In this document: positions 29,093-37,169 of the stretch, piece after piece
Numbering within the stretch: the stretch's first letter is position 1
Layout: each line of letters begins with the position of its first letter
Source of the DNA: a virus
Lineage: Duplodnaviria > Caudoviricetes
IMG/VR virus record: IMGVR_UViG_3300021387_001464
Coordinates: 32,001-96,000 of that record
Strand: one strand, 5' to 3'
Length of the DNA stretch: 64,000 nucleotides
Notes under the pieces: generated by a model
What the model was told of the DNA's origin: nothing
Databases searched by the model: none
What the model saw: only the letters and a program-made list of their open reading frames with translations
Program-made: the position numbers and the translations under genes

Positions 29093-30598
29093 ATGATTGC
29101 AAAAGTTTATCCAGATGGGCATCCTGACTTGCAAGGCAAGAAGGACCCGACGCACCCAGTGCGCTATTTCGACATCCGTAAACTCACTCCACGCAAGTGC
29201 TATTCACTGATGGGCGTGCCGCCGCAGCAGATCGACACGCTGATGAAAACCGAAAAGAAACCATATATGGCATGGGTGGGCGTAGATGCCGAACTGGCTG
29301 TGTTCGGACTGGAGCCGAGTGCCACGCGCCGCGAGGTCGATGAAGCATATCGCGAGGCTATCGAGAGTCTAAGAAGACCCACCCCCGACCCCTCCCTGGG
29401 CGAGGGAGGGGAGTGTGAAGACCCCGACAGACCCACCCCCATGCACCTCCCTGCTGAGGGAGGGGAGTGTGAAGAGCCTGAAATGAGCGAAGAGGAGGTG
29501 GCCCTGATGCGTGAGAACTACGATATGAACTACCAGCGCATCATCGCTGCCAGCCAGGAGCAGCGTTACGGTGACGTGCAGATTATTGCCAACTCGTCGC
29601 ATTACAAGCTGGCGGGTAACTCCATCGTCTGCGACGTGCTGATGTATATCTACGAGGAACTGATGTACCCGACGGGCCGCCGACTGCCGCAGGAGCAGAC
29701 CGACCTGTTCGCCCAGCCGCAGTTCCGGCTGACCCGAAACTGGAAGAAAGAGCCGCTGAAGTTGGTAACACTTTGCAGCGGCTACGACTCGCAGGCAATC
29801 GCTATGGATATGCTGCAACAGCGCTATCCGGACTTCCGATGGGAACTGAAGGCATGGAGCGAGTTCGACCCCGAGAGCAGCCGGCCACTGGAAGAGCAGC
29901 CCGCCGTGGTGGCCCATAATCTGCTGTTCCCACAATACAAGGATTTGAACCGTGGCGACATGACCAAGGCCGACTGGAGCGACCTCGCCGATGCAGGTAT
30001 CGACCTGCTGACATATAGTACTCCGTGTCAGTCCATCTCACAGGCTGGCAAGCGAGAGGGTATCAAGAAAGGTAGTGGCACTCGCAGCGCCGTGCTGTGG
30101 AGCACCGAGATGGCGGTAGAGCATCTGCGACCGAAGGTGCTATTGCAGGAGAATGTGCGGGCGCTTATCAACAGCGTGAACATGCCCGACTTCCGCGAGT
30201 GGTGCAGCCTGCTGGAGAGCTACGGCTACGTGAACTTCCTCGCGCCATCGTTCCCGACGGTCTGGGGCACCGACAAGCGCGACAAGAAGACCGTGCCGGG
30301 CATCCTGAACGCCAAGCATTATGGTGTGCCACAGAACCGCGAGCGGGTGTATATGGTCTCCATTCGTGCCGACCTGCTCGGTGGCACGCAGTATGAGTTT
30401 CCCCGTCCTTTCCCGCTCGACAAGTGCATTGCCGATGTGCTGGAGGATAATGTCGATGAGCGTTTCTTCCTGAAGCCCGACTCGGTAATCAAGTTCCTCA
30501 CAGTGAATGAATCGACTGACAGTAACGATATACACTATACGGTAACGGACCACAAACTCTCCGATGAAGAAATCGCCAAGATTCGTAGTGGAAAGTAG
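29093..30598 (+). CDS. Circularly permuted DNA (cytosine-5) methyltransferase lacking a TRD
   Basis: Order IX (RKLTPRKCYSLMG), X (YKLAGNSIV), I (LCSGYDS), IV (TPCQ), VI (ENV), VIII (QNRERVY); the start could also be 29057. Confidence 0.92.
   Translation: MIAKVYPDGHPDLQGKKDPTHPVRYFDIRKLTPRKCYSLMGVPPQQIDTLMKTEKKPYMAWVGVDAELAVFGLEPSATRREVDEAYREAIESLRRPTPDPSLGEGGECEDPDRPTPMHLPAEGGECEEPEMSEEEVALMRENYDMNYQRIIAASQEQRYGDVQIIANSSHYKLAGNSIVCDVLMYIYEELMYPTGRRLPQEQTDLFAQPQFRLTRNWKKEPLKLVTLCSGYDSQAIAMDMLQQRYPDFRWELKAWSEFDPESSRPLEEQPAVVAHNLLFPQYKDLNRGDMTKADWSDLADAGIDLLTYSTPCQSISQAGKREGIKKGSGTRSAVLWSTEMAVEHLRPKVLLQENVRALINSVNMPDFREWCSLLESYGYVNFLAPSFPTVWGTDKRDKKTVPGILNAKHYGVPQNRERVYMVSIRADLLGGTQYEFPRPFPLDKCIADVLEDNVDERFFLKPDSVIKFLTVNESTDSNDIHYTVTDHKLSDEEIAKIRSGK
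29375..29475. repeat. Two REP-like palindromic units (54-bp period) in frame inside the methyltransferase
   Basis: CCCACCCCC..CCTCCCT.....AGGGAGGGGAGTGTGAAGA twice. Confidence 0.8.
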
Positions 30599-30784
30599 TG
30601 CTGTGCTGCGGGGCGTGCGGACAGAGCACGCCCGTGCAGTACGCCGTATCTACGGTGACAGGGGGGGTACTGCCACTTCTCGGACCGCAACTACCTGCCT
30701 GCTACCGATGGCTGCAGCAACACCATCACTGGCGTACAGAAGGACAACCTATTGATAGTTGAATATGAATATAAAGAGTGTTAA
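30564..30784 (+). pseudogene. TRD-like mini-gene D, OFF at G7
   Basis: G7 30661-30667; G8 gives ...DRGGYCHFSDRNYLPATDGCSNTITGVQKDNLLIVEYEYKEC*. Confidence 0.78.
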
Positions 30785-30908
30785 GCCCTACGACGATTAC
30801 AATTCTACCCCCCCCCGACGCGATGGTGTCATTGGCACCGTTACAAGGCAAATTGGAACATCAGCACCAAGGAACGGCTGGAAAATATTGATAGAGTATG
30901 AAATATAA
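30765..30908 (+). CDS. TRD-like mini-gene E, in frame (C9)
   Basis: MNIKSVKPYDDYNSTPPRRDGVIGTVTRQIGTSAPRNGWKILIEYEI*; C9 30808-30816. Confidence 0.75.
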   Translation: MNIKSVKPYDDYNSTPPRRDGVIGTVTRQIGTSAPRNGWKILIEYEI

Positions 30909-31062
30909 CAGGATATTGCAAATAGGCAACCTTACTGAAGGTGCAGGCAGAAACAACCCGCAGCGCAGAAGGCTCTACTCGCCCTATGGCATTGCACCAA
31001 CGGTGTACGGCTATCAAGGCGGTGGCAATTTGCAACCCTTGGTATTGATAGAGTATGAGTAG
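30898..31062 (+). CDS. TRD-like mini-gene F (no tract)
   Basis: MKYNRILQIGNLTEGAGRNNPQRRRLYSPYGIAPTVYGYQGGGNLQPLVLIEYE*. Confidence 0.8.
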   Translation: MKYNRILQIGNLTEGAGRNNPQRRRLYSPYGIAPTVYGYQGGGNLQPLVLIEYE

Positions 31063-31255
31063 CGTTACCCCCATATTGCGGCAAGTCCCTGTTCGGCGAG
31101 TGCGGACGGAATGGGCAAAGGCCATCCGACGAGAGACGGGCACCAACCCGTTTCAAGCCAAACAACTGGAGGAGTTTGTGTCGGACTACATGCCTACCAT
31201 CACCGCCAGTGCAAACATCGAGAACTACATAAAGGTAGAGTATGATATTGATTAA
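31055..31255 (+). CDS. TRD-like mini-gene G (no tract)
   Basis: RVRTEWAKAIRR...MPTITASANIENYIKVEYDID*; N-terminal part resembles D. Confidence 0.75.
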   Translation: MSSVTPILRQVPVRRVRTEWAKAIRRETGTNPFQAKQLEEFVSDYMPTITASANIENYIKVEYDID

Positions 31256-31424
31256 AGAAACGATGCCCAACGAAGACCGCTTCCCTGTCCGTATCTCAGC
31301 AAGTCGTGGCAGGGGGGGGCAAAGACCGTTCCATCAGGTCATTGAACTCGGATCGTCGCAAGCCACAAACACCATCACATCAGTACAAAAAGATAATCTG
31401 GTATGGATAGAGCGAGATATTTAG
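31242..31424 (+). CDS. TRD-like mini-gene H, in frame (G8)
   Basis: ASRGRGG...TNTITSVQKDNLVWIERDI*; G8 31312-31319. Confidence 0.8.
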   Translation: MILIKETMPNEDRFPVRISASRGRGGQRPFHQVIELGSSQATNTITSVQKDNLVWIERDI

Positions 31425-31556
31425 TTGGCGTACATCCGTTCTCTCACGCTTTGGAGTGTGAGGGCAAAATATGGGGGGGGGCAAATCAGTCCTGCCCTGC
31501 GGAGTACGGATTATAAATGTCCTCATTGTGTATTGATTGAGTATGAAGGAGTTTAA
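31403..31556 (+). pseudogene. TRD-like mini-gene I, OFF at G9
   Basis: G9 31473-31481; G8 gives ...KIWGGQISPALRSTDYKCPHCVLIEYEGV*. Confidence 0.78.
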
Positions 31557-31723
31557 GTTTATTGGATGGACACGGCTCGGCAGTGGAAAAGGTGACGTAT
31601 CAAAGTATCATCTGCGCCACTACTGTAACGCCATAACCTCGTTTGCAGGGGGGGGGTATTGGCAAGGATTCGCAGACTGGAATGTATAACACCACACCGT
31701 ATGTATTGATAGAATATGAGTAA
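31543..31723 (+). pseudogene. TRD-like mini-gene J, OFF at G9
   Basis: G9 31648-31656; G8 gives ...CNAITSFAGGGIGKDSQTGMYNTTPYVLIEYE*. Confidence 0.78.
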
Positions 31724-31911
31724 AGAAAAGAAAGTTCGCCGATGCGACAACATTGCAGGGAAGTGGATGCCCGATGGCTCTATCCGCTTCTACCAAATGA
31801 ACGAGCGGAAAGGCGGTGTGCCCGAACTTGTCAACGGCTACGCTGGGGGGGGTCATGCCCTGTATCATAGCAGGCCATGAGCATTATGTTATTGTAGATT
31901 ATGACCTATGA
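31716..31911 (+). pseudogene. TRD-like mini-gene K, OFF at G8
   Basis: G8 31845-31852; G7 gives ...YAGGVMPCIIAGHEHYVIVDYDL*. Confidence 0.7.
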
Positions 31912-32162
31912 GTAACGTCAAGCATTATCCAACCGACGGGCGACCGTTTCTCTCCACCGCTTTGAGGGGGGGGCAGTTCGTGCTGCAAGTTCGACAAGCC
32001 ACGGAGCAGGGCTACATCGAGTGTGTCAGCGGTGGCGTGTTCGATGTGGCTTATCCTTCCAGCCAGCTGCGCCGTGCCCGCGTCAAGGACGACGGCCTCG
32101 TGGCATCAGCGCTCATGTCGGGTGAAACATCACAATGCGTATTCATAGAATATGACGAATAA
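31908..32162 (+). CDS. TRD-like mini-gene L, in frame (G8)
   Basis: QATEQGYIEC..GGVFDVAYPSSQLRRARV...ASALM...VFIEYDE*; G8 31966-31973. Confidence 0.8.
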   Translation: MSNVKHYPTDGRPFLSTALRGGQFVLQVRQATEQGYIECVSGGVFDVAYPSSQLRRARVKDDGLVASALMSGETSQCVFIEYDE

Positions 32163-32292
32163 AAAATATTACGGAGGAATATACTGTTGCTCTTCGCAAT
32201 ATGTGAAGAAAAAGCCTCTATGGGGCGTAGCACGTTGCATTATGGCTGATAAGGCTGACTATCATTTATTAGTAGAGTATGAAGGCTATTAA
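32152..32292 (+). CDS. TRD-like mini-gene M (no tract)
   Basis: MTNKKYYGGIYCCSSQYVKKKPLWGVARCIMADKADYHLLVEYEGY*. Confidence 0.7.
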   Translation: MTNKKYYGGIYCCSSQYVKKKPLWGVARCIMADKADYHLLVEYEGY

Positions 32293-32573
32293 ACTATCGC
32301 GCACCACATCGGCTACGGCCAAGCATTTGAGGGGGGGGGGACTTCCTGCCGGTTCAAGGCTGCGATTCAGCGAGAGCAGTCGAAAGCTCGCTTTCAGACT
32401 GCCGAGCGCAAGCAGGCTCGACGGGTTACTTGTTACCTGTCAATACCACGACAGGCGGCTGCGCCTGTACGCTCAACACCCGCTACGACGGTATGCAACT
32501 GCCAGAGGATATCCTCTCGCTCGCACACTATCCAAAGACAGTCGTGCTTATCGAATATCATCCTGACGGGTAA
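32279..32573 (+). pseudogene. TRD-like mini-gene N, OFF at G10
   Basis: G10 32331-32340; G9 gives ...PVNTTTGGCACTLNTRYDGMQLPEDILSLAHYPKTVVLIEYHPDG*. Confidence 0.72.
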
Positions 32574-32682
32574 GGTTTCGTCCTCGCAAGATGGAGTGGT
32601 CGTATCGCCATACGGCATTGCACCCACCCATTCCGCAGGGCACGGTAACTGTCCAAAGATACTGATAGAGTATAATATATAA
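32557..32682 (+). CDS. TRD-like mini-gene O, lacking its own ATG
   Basis: IILTGKVSSSQDGVVVSPYGIAPTHSAGHGNCPKILIEYNI*; ATC at the position of the usual ATG; frame open back to the G10 tract. Confidence 0.65.
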   Translation: MILTGKVSSSQDGVVVSPYGIAPTHSAGHGNCPKILIEYNI

Positions 32683-32724
32683 CAAATTCAATTTATTTAT
32701 TCACAAAACAAAAAAGTAACGATT

Positions 32725-33297
32725 ATGGCAAACTTTTCAGGCAACATCAATCTACTTGGCTTCAAGGGAGCCAAAGTGTTCACCAACCTCGACGCACAGC
32801 GACCGCAGATCGCCTACGTGTGCATCCCAGTAAACTACAACGACATCCAGCTGTCGCAGGACGGCAGGTACGCCAACGCCCGCGTCTTCATGGCCGAGAC
32901 CAACGACAAGTTCCGGCAAGCCTGCATACAGCGCAAGCAGCAGTCGGGCGACAGCATGGAAGGCTACATGCCACCCTCGCACCAGATGGAAGTGTCGTTC
33001 TCGCCCGAGTTCCGCCAGCGAGCCCTCGAAGCCGCCCGCAAGCGACTCCTGAGCGAGCACCCCGAATGGACGGGCGCCGACCTCGAAGACCCCGAGCGCA
33101 ACACCGACCTGCGCAACGCCATGTACGACGCCGTGCGCTGCCGACTGGGAAGCATGTACTGCCACCAGCGCCAGTCAGCCGCGCCCGCCGCAGCAGCCCC
33201 CGCCACCGCCACCGCCGCACAGGGCGCACAAGGCTGGACTCCGCAGGACGGCCAGCCGTTCCCAGCACAGGAGGAGAACGATGACCTGCCATTTTGA
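32725..33297 (+). CDS. SSB-like protein
   Basis: Ala/Pro/Gln linker and acidic C-terminus ENDDLPF. Confidence 0.65.
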   Translation: MANFSGNINLLGFKGAKVFTNLDAQRPQIAYVCIPVNYNDIQLSQDGRYANARVFMAETNDKFRQACIQRKQQSGDSMEGYMPPSHQMEVSFSPEFRQRALEAARKRLLSEHPEWTGADLEDPERNTDLRNAMYDAVRCRLGSMYCHQRQSAAPAAAAPATATAAQGAQGWTPQDGQPFPAQEENDDLPF

Positions 33298-33370
33298 GGG
33301 CTGAGGGCTGAGGGCTGATGGCTGATGTAGGGGTCGCCTCTTGCGAAGCGCCCCGAAACAAGAAAAGGAG

Positions 33371-33405
33371 TGTCCGCGTAGTTGCGGGCACTCTTTTTAA
33401 TTTTG
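33371..33405 (+). promoter_or_regulatory. Putative late promoter TGTCCG-N21-TAATTTTG
   Basis: Upstream of the first tail-module gene. Confidence 0.7.
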
Positions 33406-33428
33406 TACCCAACAAGACACGAATAGAT

Positions 33429-34463
33429 ATGTTTGGACAGAAATCGACACGACAAATCGACCTGCATCTGCCTACGGGCTGGAACCGCTGCACCACGGAG
33501 GAGCTGGAAGCCATCGCCGCCGCCATCATTCAGGAGCAGCAGCGAGTAGATAGATACCACCCCTTCGACTGGAGTAGGGTGAAGCTGAACGTCGCCCTTT
33601 CCATTAACGATATATCGACATATCGACATAACGATATATCGAAGGACGACGAAAGCACTTGGCTCGTAAAGCGCCCGCAGGACAAGGAGCCGTGGCCTAT
33701 CACCATGGGGCAGCTGGTGGCACTGACCGAGCGGCTGGCGTGGATAGACGACGAGAAGGCGGATAAGACGATCTTCCAGTTCCCGTATAATTCATTGAAC
33801 ATTGAACATGGAACATTGAACATTAAAGTTCAAGGTCCCCCGCCACTGCTCGACGGCTACACCTGGAACGAGTACCGCCTGCTGACCGACTGGATGCAGG
33901 CGTATATGCGGCATAGCAATGCCATAGTGAAAATGAAGAATGAAGAATTAAGAATGAAGAATCAGGAGGCGGCGGCGCAGGCACAGCGGGAGTTCCTGGC
34001 TATCCTGTTCAAACCCTGCGAAAAATCGCAGGGGACAGCAGCTGTGAATGATGGCGGCGGCAGCAAAAAAATGTTCAATGTTCAACGTTCAATGTTCAAT
34101 GTTCAATGTTCAATGTTCAATGCTCAATCTTCAATGTTCAATGTTCAATGTTCAATGTTCAATGATTTCGACCCCGTAAAATGGCAGGTCATCCTCTTCT
34201 GGTGGTCGTCGCTCATGTCGATGCTTGCGAAGAAGTTCCCCAAGGTATTCAAGCAGCAGCCCGTGGGCAAGGGCAAACGCCGCCCGCAGCAGCAGGACAC
34301 CCCGTGGGACTTTTACAACCGCGTGACCGCCACGATACAGAAATACATCGGCGGCCTCTCCGAGCAGGACGTGAACAACGCTACCTATGGCACCATCCTG
34401 CAACAGCTGGAGATGATGGCCGACGAGGCAGCGGAAATGGAAAAACTGAAAATGAAAAAGTAA
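33429..34463 (+). CDS. Hypothetical tail-module protein carrying in-frame heptamer repeats
   Basis: Start at ATG 33429; ~13 TTCAATG units at 34074-34164 translate to MFNVQCS repeats. Confidence 0.7.
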   Translation: MFGQKSTRQIDLHLPTGWNRCTTEELEAIAAAIIQEQQRVDRYHPFDWSRVKLNVALSINDISTYRHNDISKDDESTWLVKRPQDKEPWPITMGQLVALTERLAWIDDEKADKTIFQFPYNSLNIEHGTLNIKVQGPPPLLDGYTWNEYRLLTDWMQAYMRHSNAIVKMKNEELRMKNQEAAAQAQREFLAILFKPCEKSQGTAAVNDGGGSKKMFNVQRSMFNVQCSMFNAQSSMFNVQCSMFNDFDPVKWQVILFWWSSLMSMLAKKFPKVFKQQPVGKGKRRPQQQDTPWDFYNRVTATIQKYIGGLSEQDVNNATYGTILQQLEMMADEAAEMEKLKMKK

Positions 34464-34469
34464 AAAGAT

Positions 34470-37067
34470 ATGCACAGCCACTTAGACATTCAAGTAAACG
34501 GCAAGAGCCTGGTGATACCCGAGGACTCTTCGCTGAGTGCGGAAGAGAAGAATCCGTTGTTCAACGACGTGACGTTCTTCTCGTACCCGATGCAGATACC
34601 CGTAGGGGGCAACCGCGAGGTGCTGAAGAACATTGCCCACCGCGACAGTAATATGCGGGCAATGGACTTGGAGCACGCTGATGCCCGTATCTTTGCCGAC
34701 GGACTGCCACTGAACAGCGGACAGGTCATCACGCAGGACGGCTCGGAAATCAAGGACACCTTCGAGTTCAACATCGACGCCCAGCAGCAAAGTTTCTCGG
34801 AGCTGATAGGCGATATGGAGTGCCGCGACGTGGATATCAGCGAGAAGCATATCGTGATAGGCGAGAAGTTGGGACGTATGAAGGTGACGGGCAGTATTCT
34901 TTTTGAGGAACTGCGTAACCACTACCTCGACGGCGACTTCAAAGACCAGACGGTGTTGTGGGCAAGTCGTAACGACCAGTTTGAGCATACACTGGAGTCG
35001 CCGCAGGCGCTGGGTTTCTCTATCTACGGCAGGACGCAAGGTTTTCCTGAGGCGGTGCGCTGGCGCGAGACGGGTGCGCCGATGATTACCGAGGACTTCA
35101 CGAACGTCACCGAGCCTTATCCCACGTCGCCGTTCTGTAACGTCCGTGCGGCCTACGCCCACAACGACGGCGACGGCGGTACGGTGAGAGGTAACAGCAA
35201 GGGTAGCGACCCCGAGGACTACGGCCAGTATTGGTGTCTGCCGGCAGCCCGTCAGCAGAGTGGTGTGTGCTTCTACGTGCTGTTCTTTCTGGACTGTCTG
35301 TTCGAGCAGTTGGGCGTGATATTCAACAAGGACGAGCTGCTGGCGGTGGAAGACCTGAAGCGCGTGTTCTTCTACACCACGCTGTGTCGTTACGACGAGG
35401 TGAGCACGAACAGGAAGTTAAGGAACGGCGACATACAGAAGTGGCTCGACTCGCGCGACTGCGGCGGCAAGCTGGGGCTTACCATTCATGCCGGTCACGC
35501 CAAGCGGGGTAGGGAAAAGTACGACGACGACGGATCAGGATGGCTTCCGAGAGAGCAGGGCTTTTCGGAGCTGGATGAAAGTTACGAGATACCCTATGGG
35601 CAACCTTACGACGGCTCGTGGGTGTTTCATTATATGCGCTATAATGCAGACGACGATGCTCACTATGTGCGCCATATCCATACTAACCTCGACGTGGAGA
35701 CGGAGGTGGTGGACATGATTGCCAACAGCGACTGCTTCCCCGACGCCTCGGTGAGCAGTGTCATCAAGTCGCTGGAGGCATCGTTCGGCATCCGCTTCCT
35801 GTACGACCCTGAGAAGCGCATCGTCACCGCCCGCCTGCTGCGTAATATCTATAAGGAACAGGTGCTGCGCTCGTTCAATGGCAAGGTGCTGTCGATGACA
35901 CCCGTCAACGAGAAGATAACGGGAGTGCGTGTAGGGTATAGTGCCGAGAGCGACAGCAAGGATCAACAGAAAAACGTGCGCTACGGCATCAAGGACTACG
36001 ATACGGAGTTCGACTACATCGACTTCCCCAAAGACCGTACCGTGACCGACAAGACCTATCAGCAGCTGGTGACGGAGCAGGACATCATCACCAACGACAA
36101 CCGCAGGGTGTATATCGACCGCCAGACGGGCGACTGCTACCGCATCAAGATTGACGCCGACGCTACCGACACCTACTCCATGCACCCTGTGTTGTTTCAA
36201 GTAGCGCAGTGGAAGGGCATAGAAGAGGGTGACTGCTCGGAGAAGAACAAGGACTACGTGCGGGAGCTTATCAGTGAGTTCAAGCCGCTGTCGCAGAACA
36301 TCATCAACGCCCGCGACTACAACAACGACACCGTAGGCGCTGTGGCCCCGATACTGGCTCCGTATCTGGACGTGGATATGGAGCGCGAACTCAGCGAGCA
36401 GCGCATCGAGAGCAGTATTCAGGGTATTAAGATACCGGACAACGCCACTTGCGCCTTTGACGATGATGTTACTCTGGCACTGAGCGAGACACTGAAACTA
36501 CGAGAGAGCTACGACCCCACACAGACCGACACGGGCAACTCGCCGCTGCAGGACTTGGACTGGGGTCTGACCATCGGCATCATGCGCGGCGGCGGCAACA
36601 ATGCCGGCATCGAGAACTACCAACAAAATTACGATGGTTTTGGCAACGACAAGTGGCGTCACACGGTAGGCACCTATGCCGTCTATAGCGACTGCCTGAC
36701 GCAGAAGGGCGAGCCTTTCGACTACAACGGACAGGACGAGGGCTTGGGCGGAGAACACTTCTCGCTGCAAATACGCTCATGGCAGCAACCGTCGTGGGCT
36801 GACGCACCGATTATCATTGCCGACAAGGAGGTGATGAACCGTGGACTGTACGACACCTTCCTGCATCCTCATGCCTACTTCCTGCTACACCGCAAGCCGT
36901 ACAAGGTAAAGGTGCTGGCGACGATGGCGCAGTTGCTCGACATCCGTAACCACTGGTCGGATAAGTTCGTCATCGACGGCAAGGTGGGATGGATTAACGC
37001 CATTAAGTATAACATTGAGAAGGCCACGGGCGTCAGCGAGGCTGAACTGGAGTTCTATTCATTATAA
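34470..37067 (+). CDS. Putative tail/baseplate structural protein
   Basis: 865 aa; N-terminal EEKNPLFND..FFSYPM.IP...NR pattern; lies upstream of the tape measure gene. Confidence 0.6.
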   Translation: MHSHLDIQVNGKSLVIPEDSSLSAEEKNPLFNDVTFFSYPMQIPVGGNREVLKNIAHRDSNMRAMDLEHADARIFADGLPLNSGQVITQDGSEIKDTFEFNIDAQQQSFSELIGDMECRDVDISEKHIVIGEKLGRMKVTGSILFEELRNHYLDGDFKDQTVLWASRNDQFEHTLESPQALGFSIYGRTQGFPEAVRWRETGAPMITEDFTNVTEPYPTSPFCNVRAAYAHNDGDGGTVRGNSKGSDPEDYGQYWCLPAARQQSGVCFYVLFFLDCLFEQLGVIFNKDELLAVEDLKRVFFYTTLCRYDEVSTNRKLRNGDIQKWLDSRDCGGKLGLTIHAGHAKRGREKYDDDGSGWLPREQGFSELDESYEIPYGQPYDGSWVFHYMRYNADDDAHYVRHIHTNLDVETEVVDMIANSDCFPDASVSSVIKSLEASFGIRFLYDPEKRIVTARLLRNIYKEQVLRSFNGKVLSMTPVNEKITGVRVGYSAESDSKDQQKNVRYGIKDYDTEFDYIDFPKDRTVTDKTYQQLVTEQDIITNDNRRVYIDRQTGDCYRIKIDADATDTYSMHPVLFQVAQWKGIEEGDCSEKNKDYVRELISEFKPLSQNIINARDYNNDTVGAVAPILAPYLDVDMERELSEQRIESSIQGIKIPDNATCAFDDDVTLALSETLKLRESYDPTQTDTGNSPLQDLDWGLTIGIMRGGGNNAGIENYQQNYDGFGNDKWRHTVGTYAVYSDCLTQKGEPFDYNGQDEGLGGEHFSLQIRSWQQPSWADAPIIIADKEVMNRGLYDTFLHPHAYFLLHRKPYKVKVLATMAQLLDIRNHWSDKFVIDGKVGWINAIKYNIEKATGVSEAELEFYSL

Positions 37068-37085
37068 TAAACAGCGGTAGCAAAT

Positions 37086-37163
37086 TTTTCACTTTTCACT
37101 TTTTACTTTTCACTTATCACTTTTCACTTTTCATTTTTCACTTTTCACTTATCACTTATCACT
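37086..37163. repeat. Intergenic heptamer tandem repeat (TTTTCAC)n
   Basis: About 11 degenerate units. Confidence 0.9.
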
Positions 37164-37169
37164 TAAACT

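Noticed and set aside
30750-32680. CRISPR array (short motif recurring every ~130-250 bp)
   Set aside because: The motif is ~14 bp and degenerate, the intervening sequences are long and coding, and no cas genes are present
28576-32682. TRD array as a shufflon/invertible locus
   Set aside because: All cassettes are co-oriented, I saw no inverted repeats at the junctions, and no recombinase is nearby
28576-32682. Array as one decayed multispecific MTase pseudogene
   Set aside because: Breaks are not random: nearly every unit has its own ATG, a shared tail and a stop, and internal frameshifts occur only at homopolymer tracts
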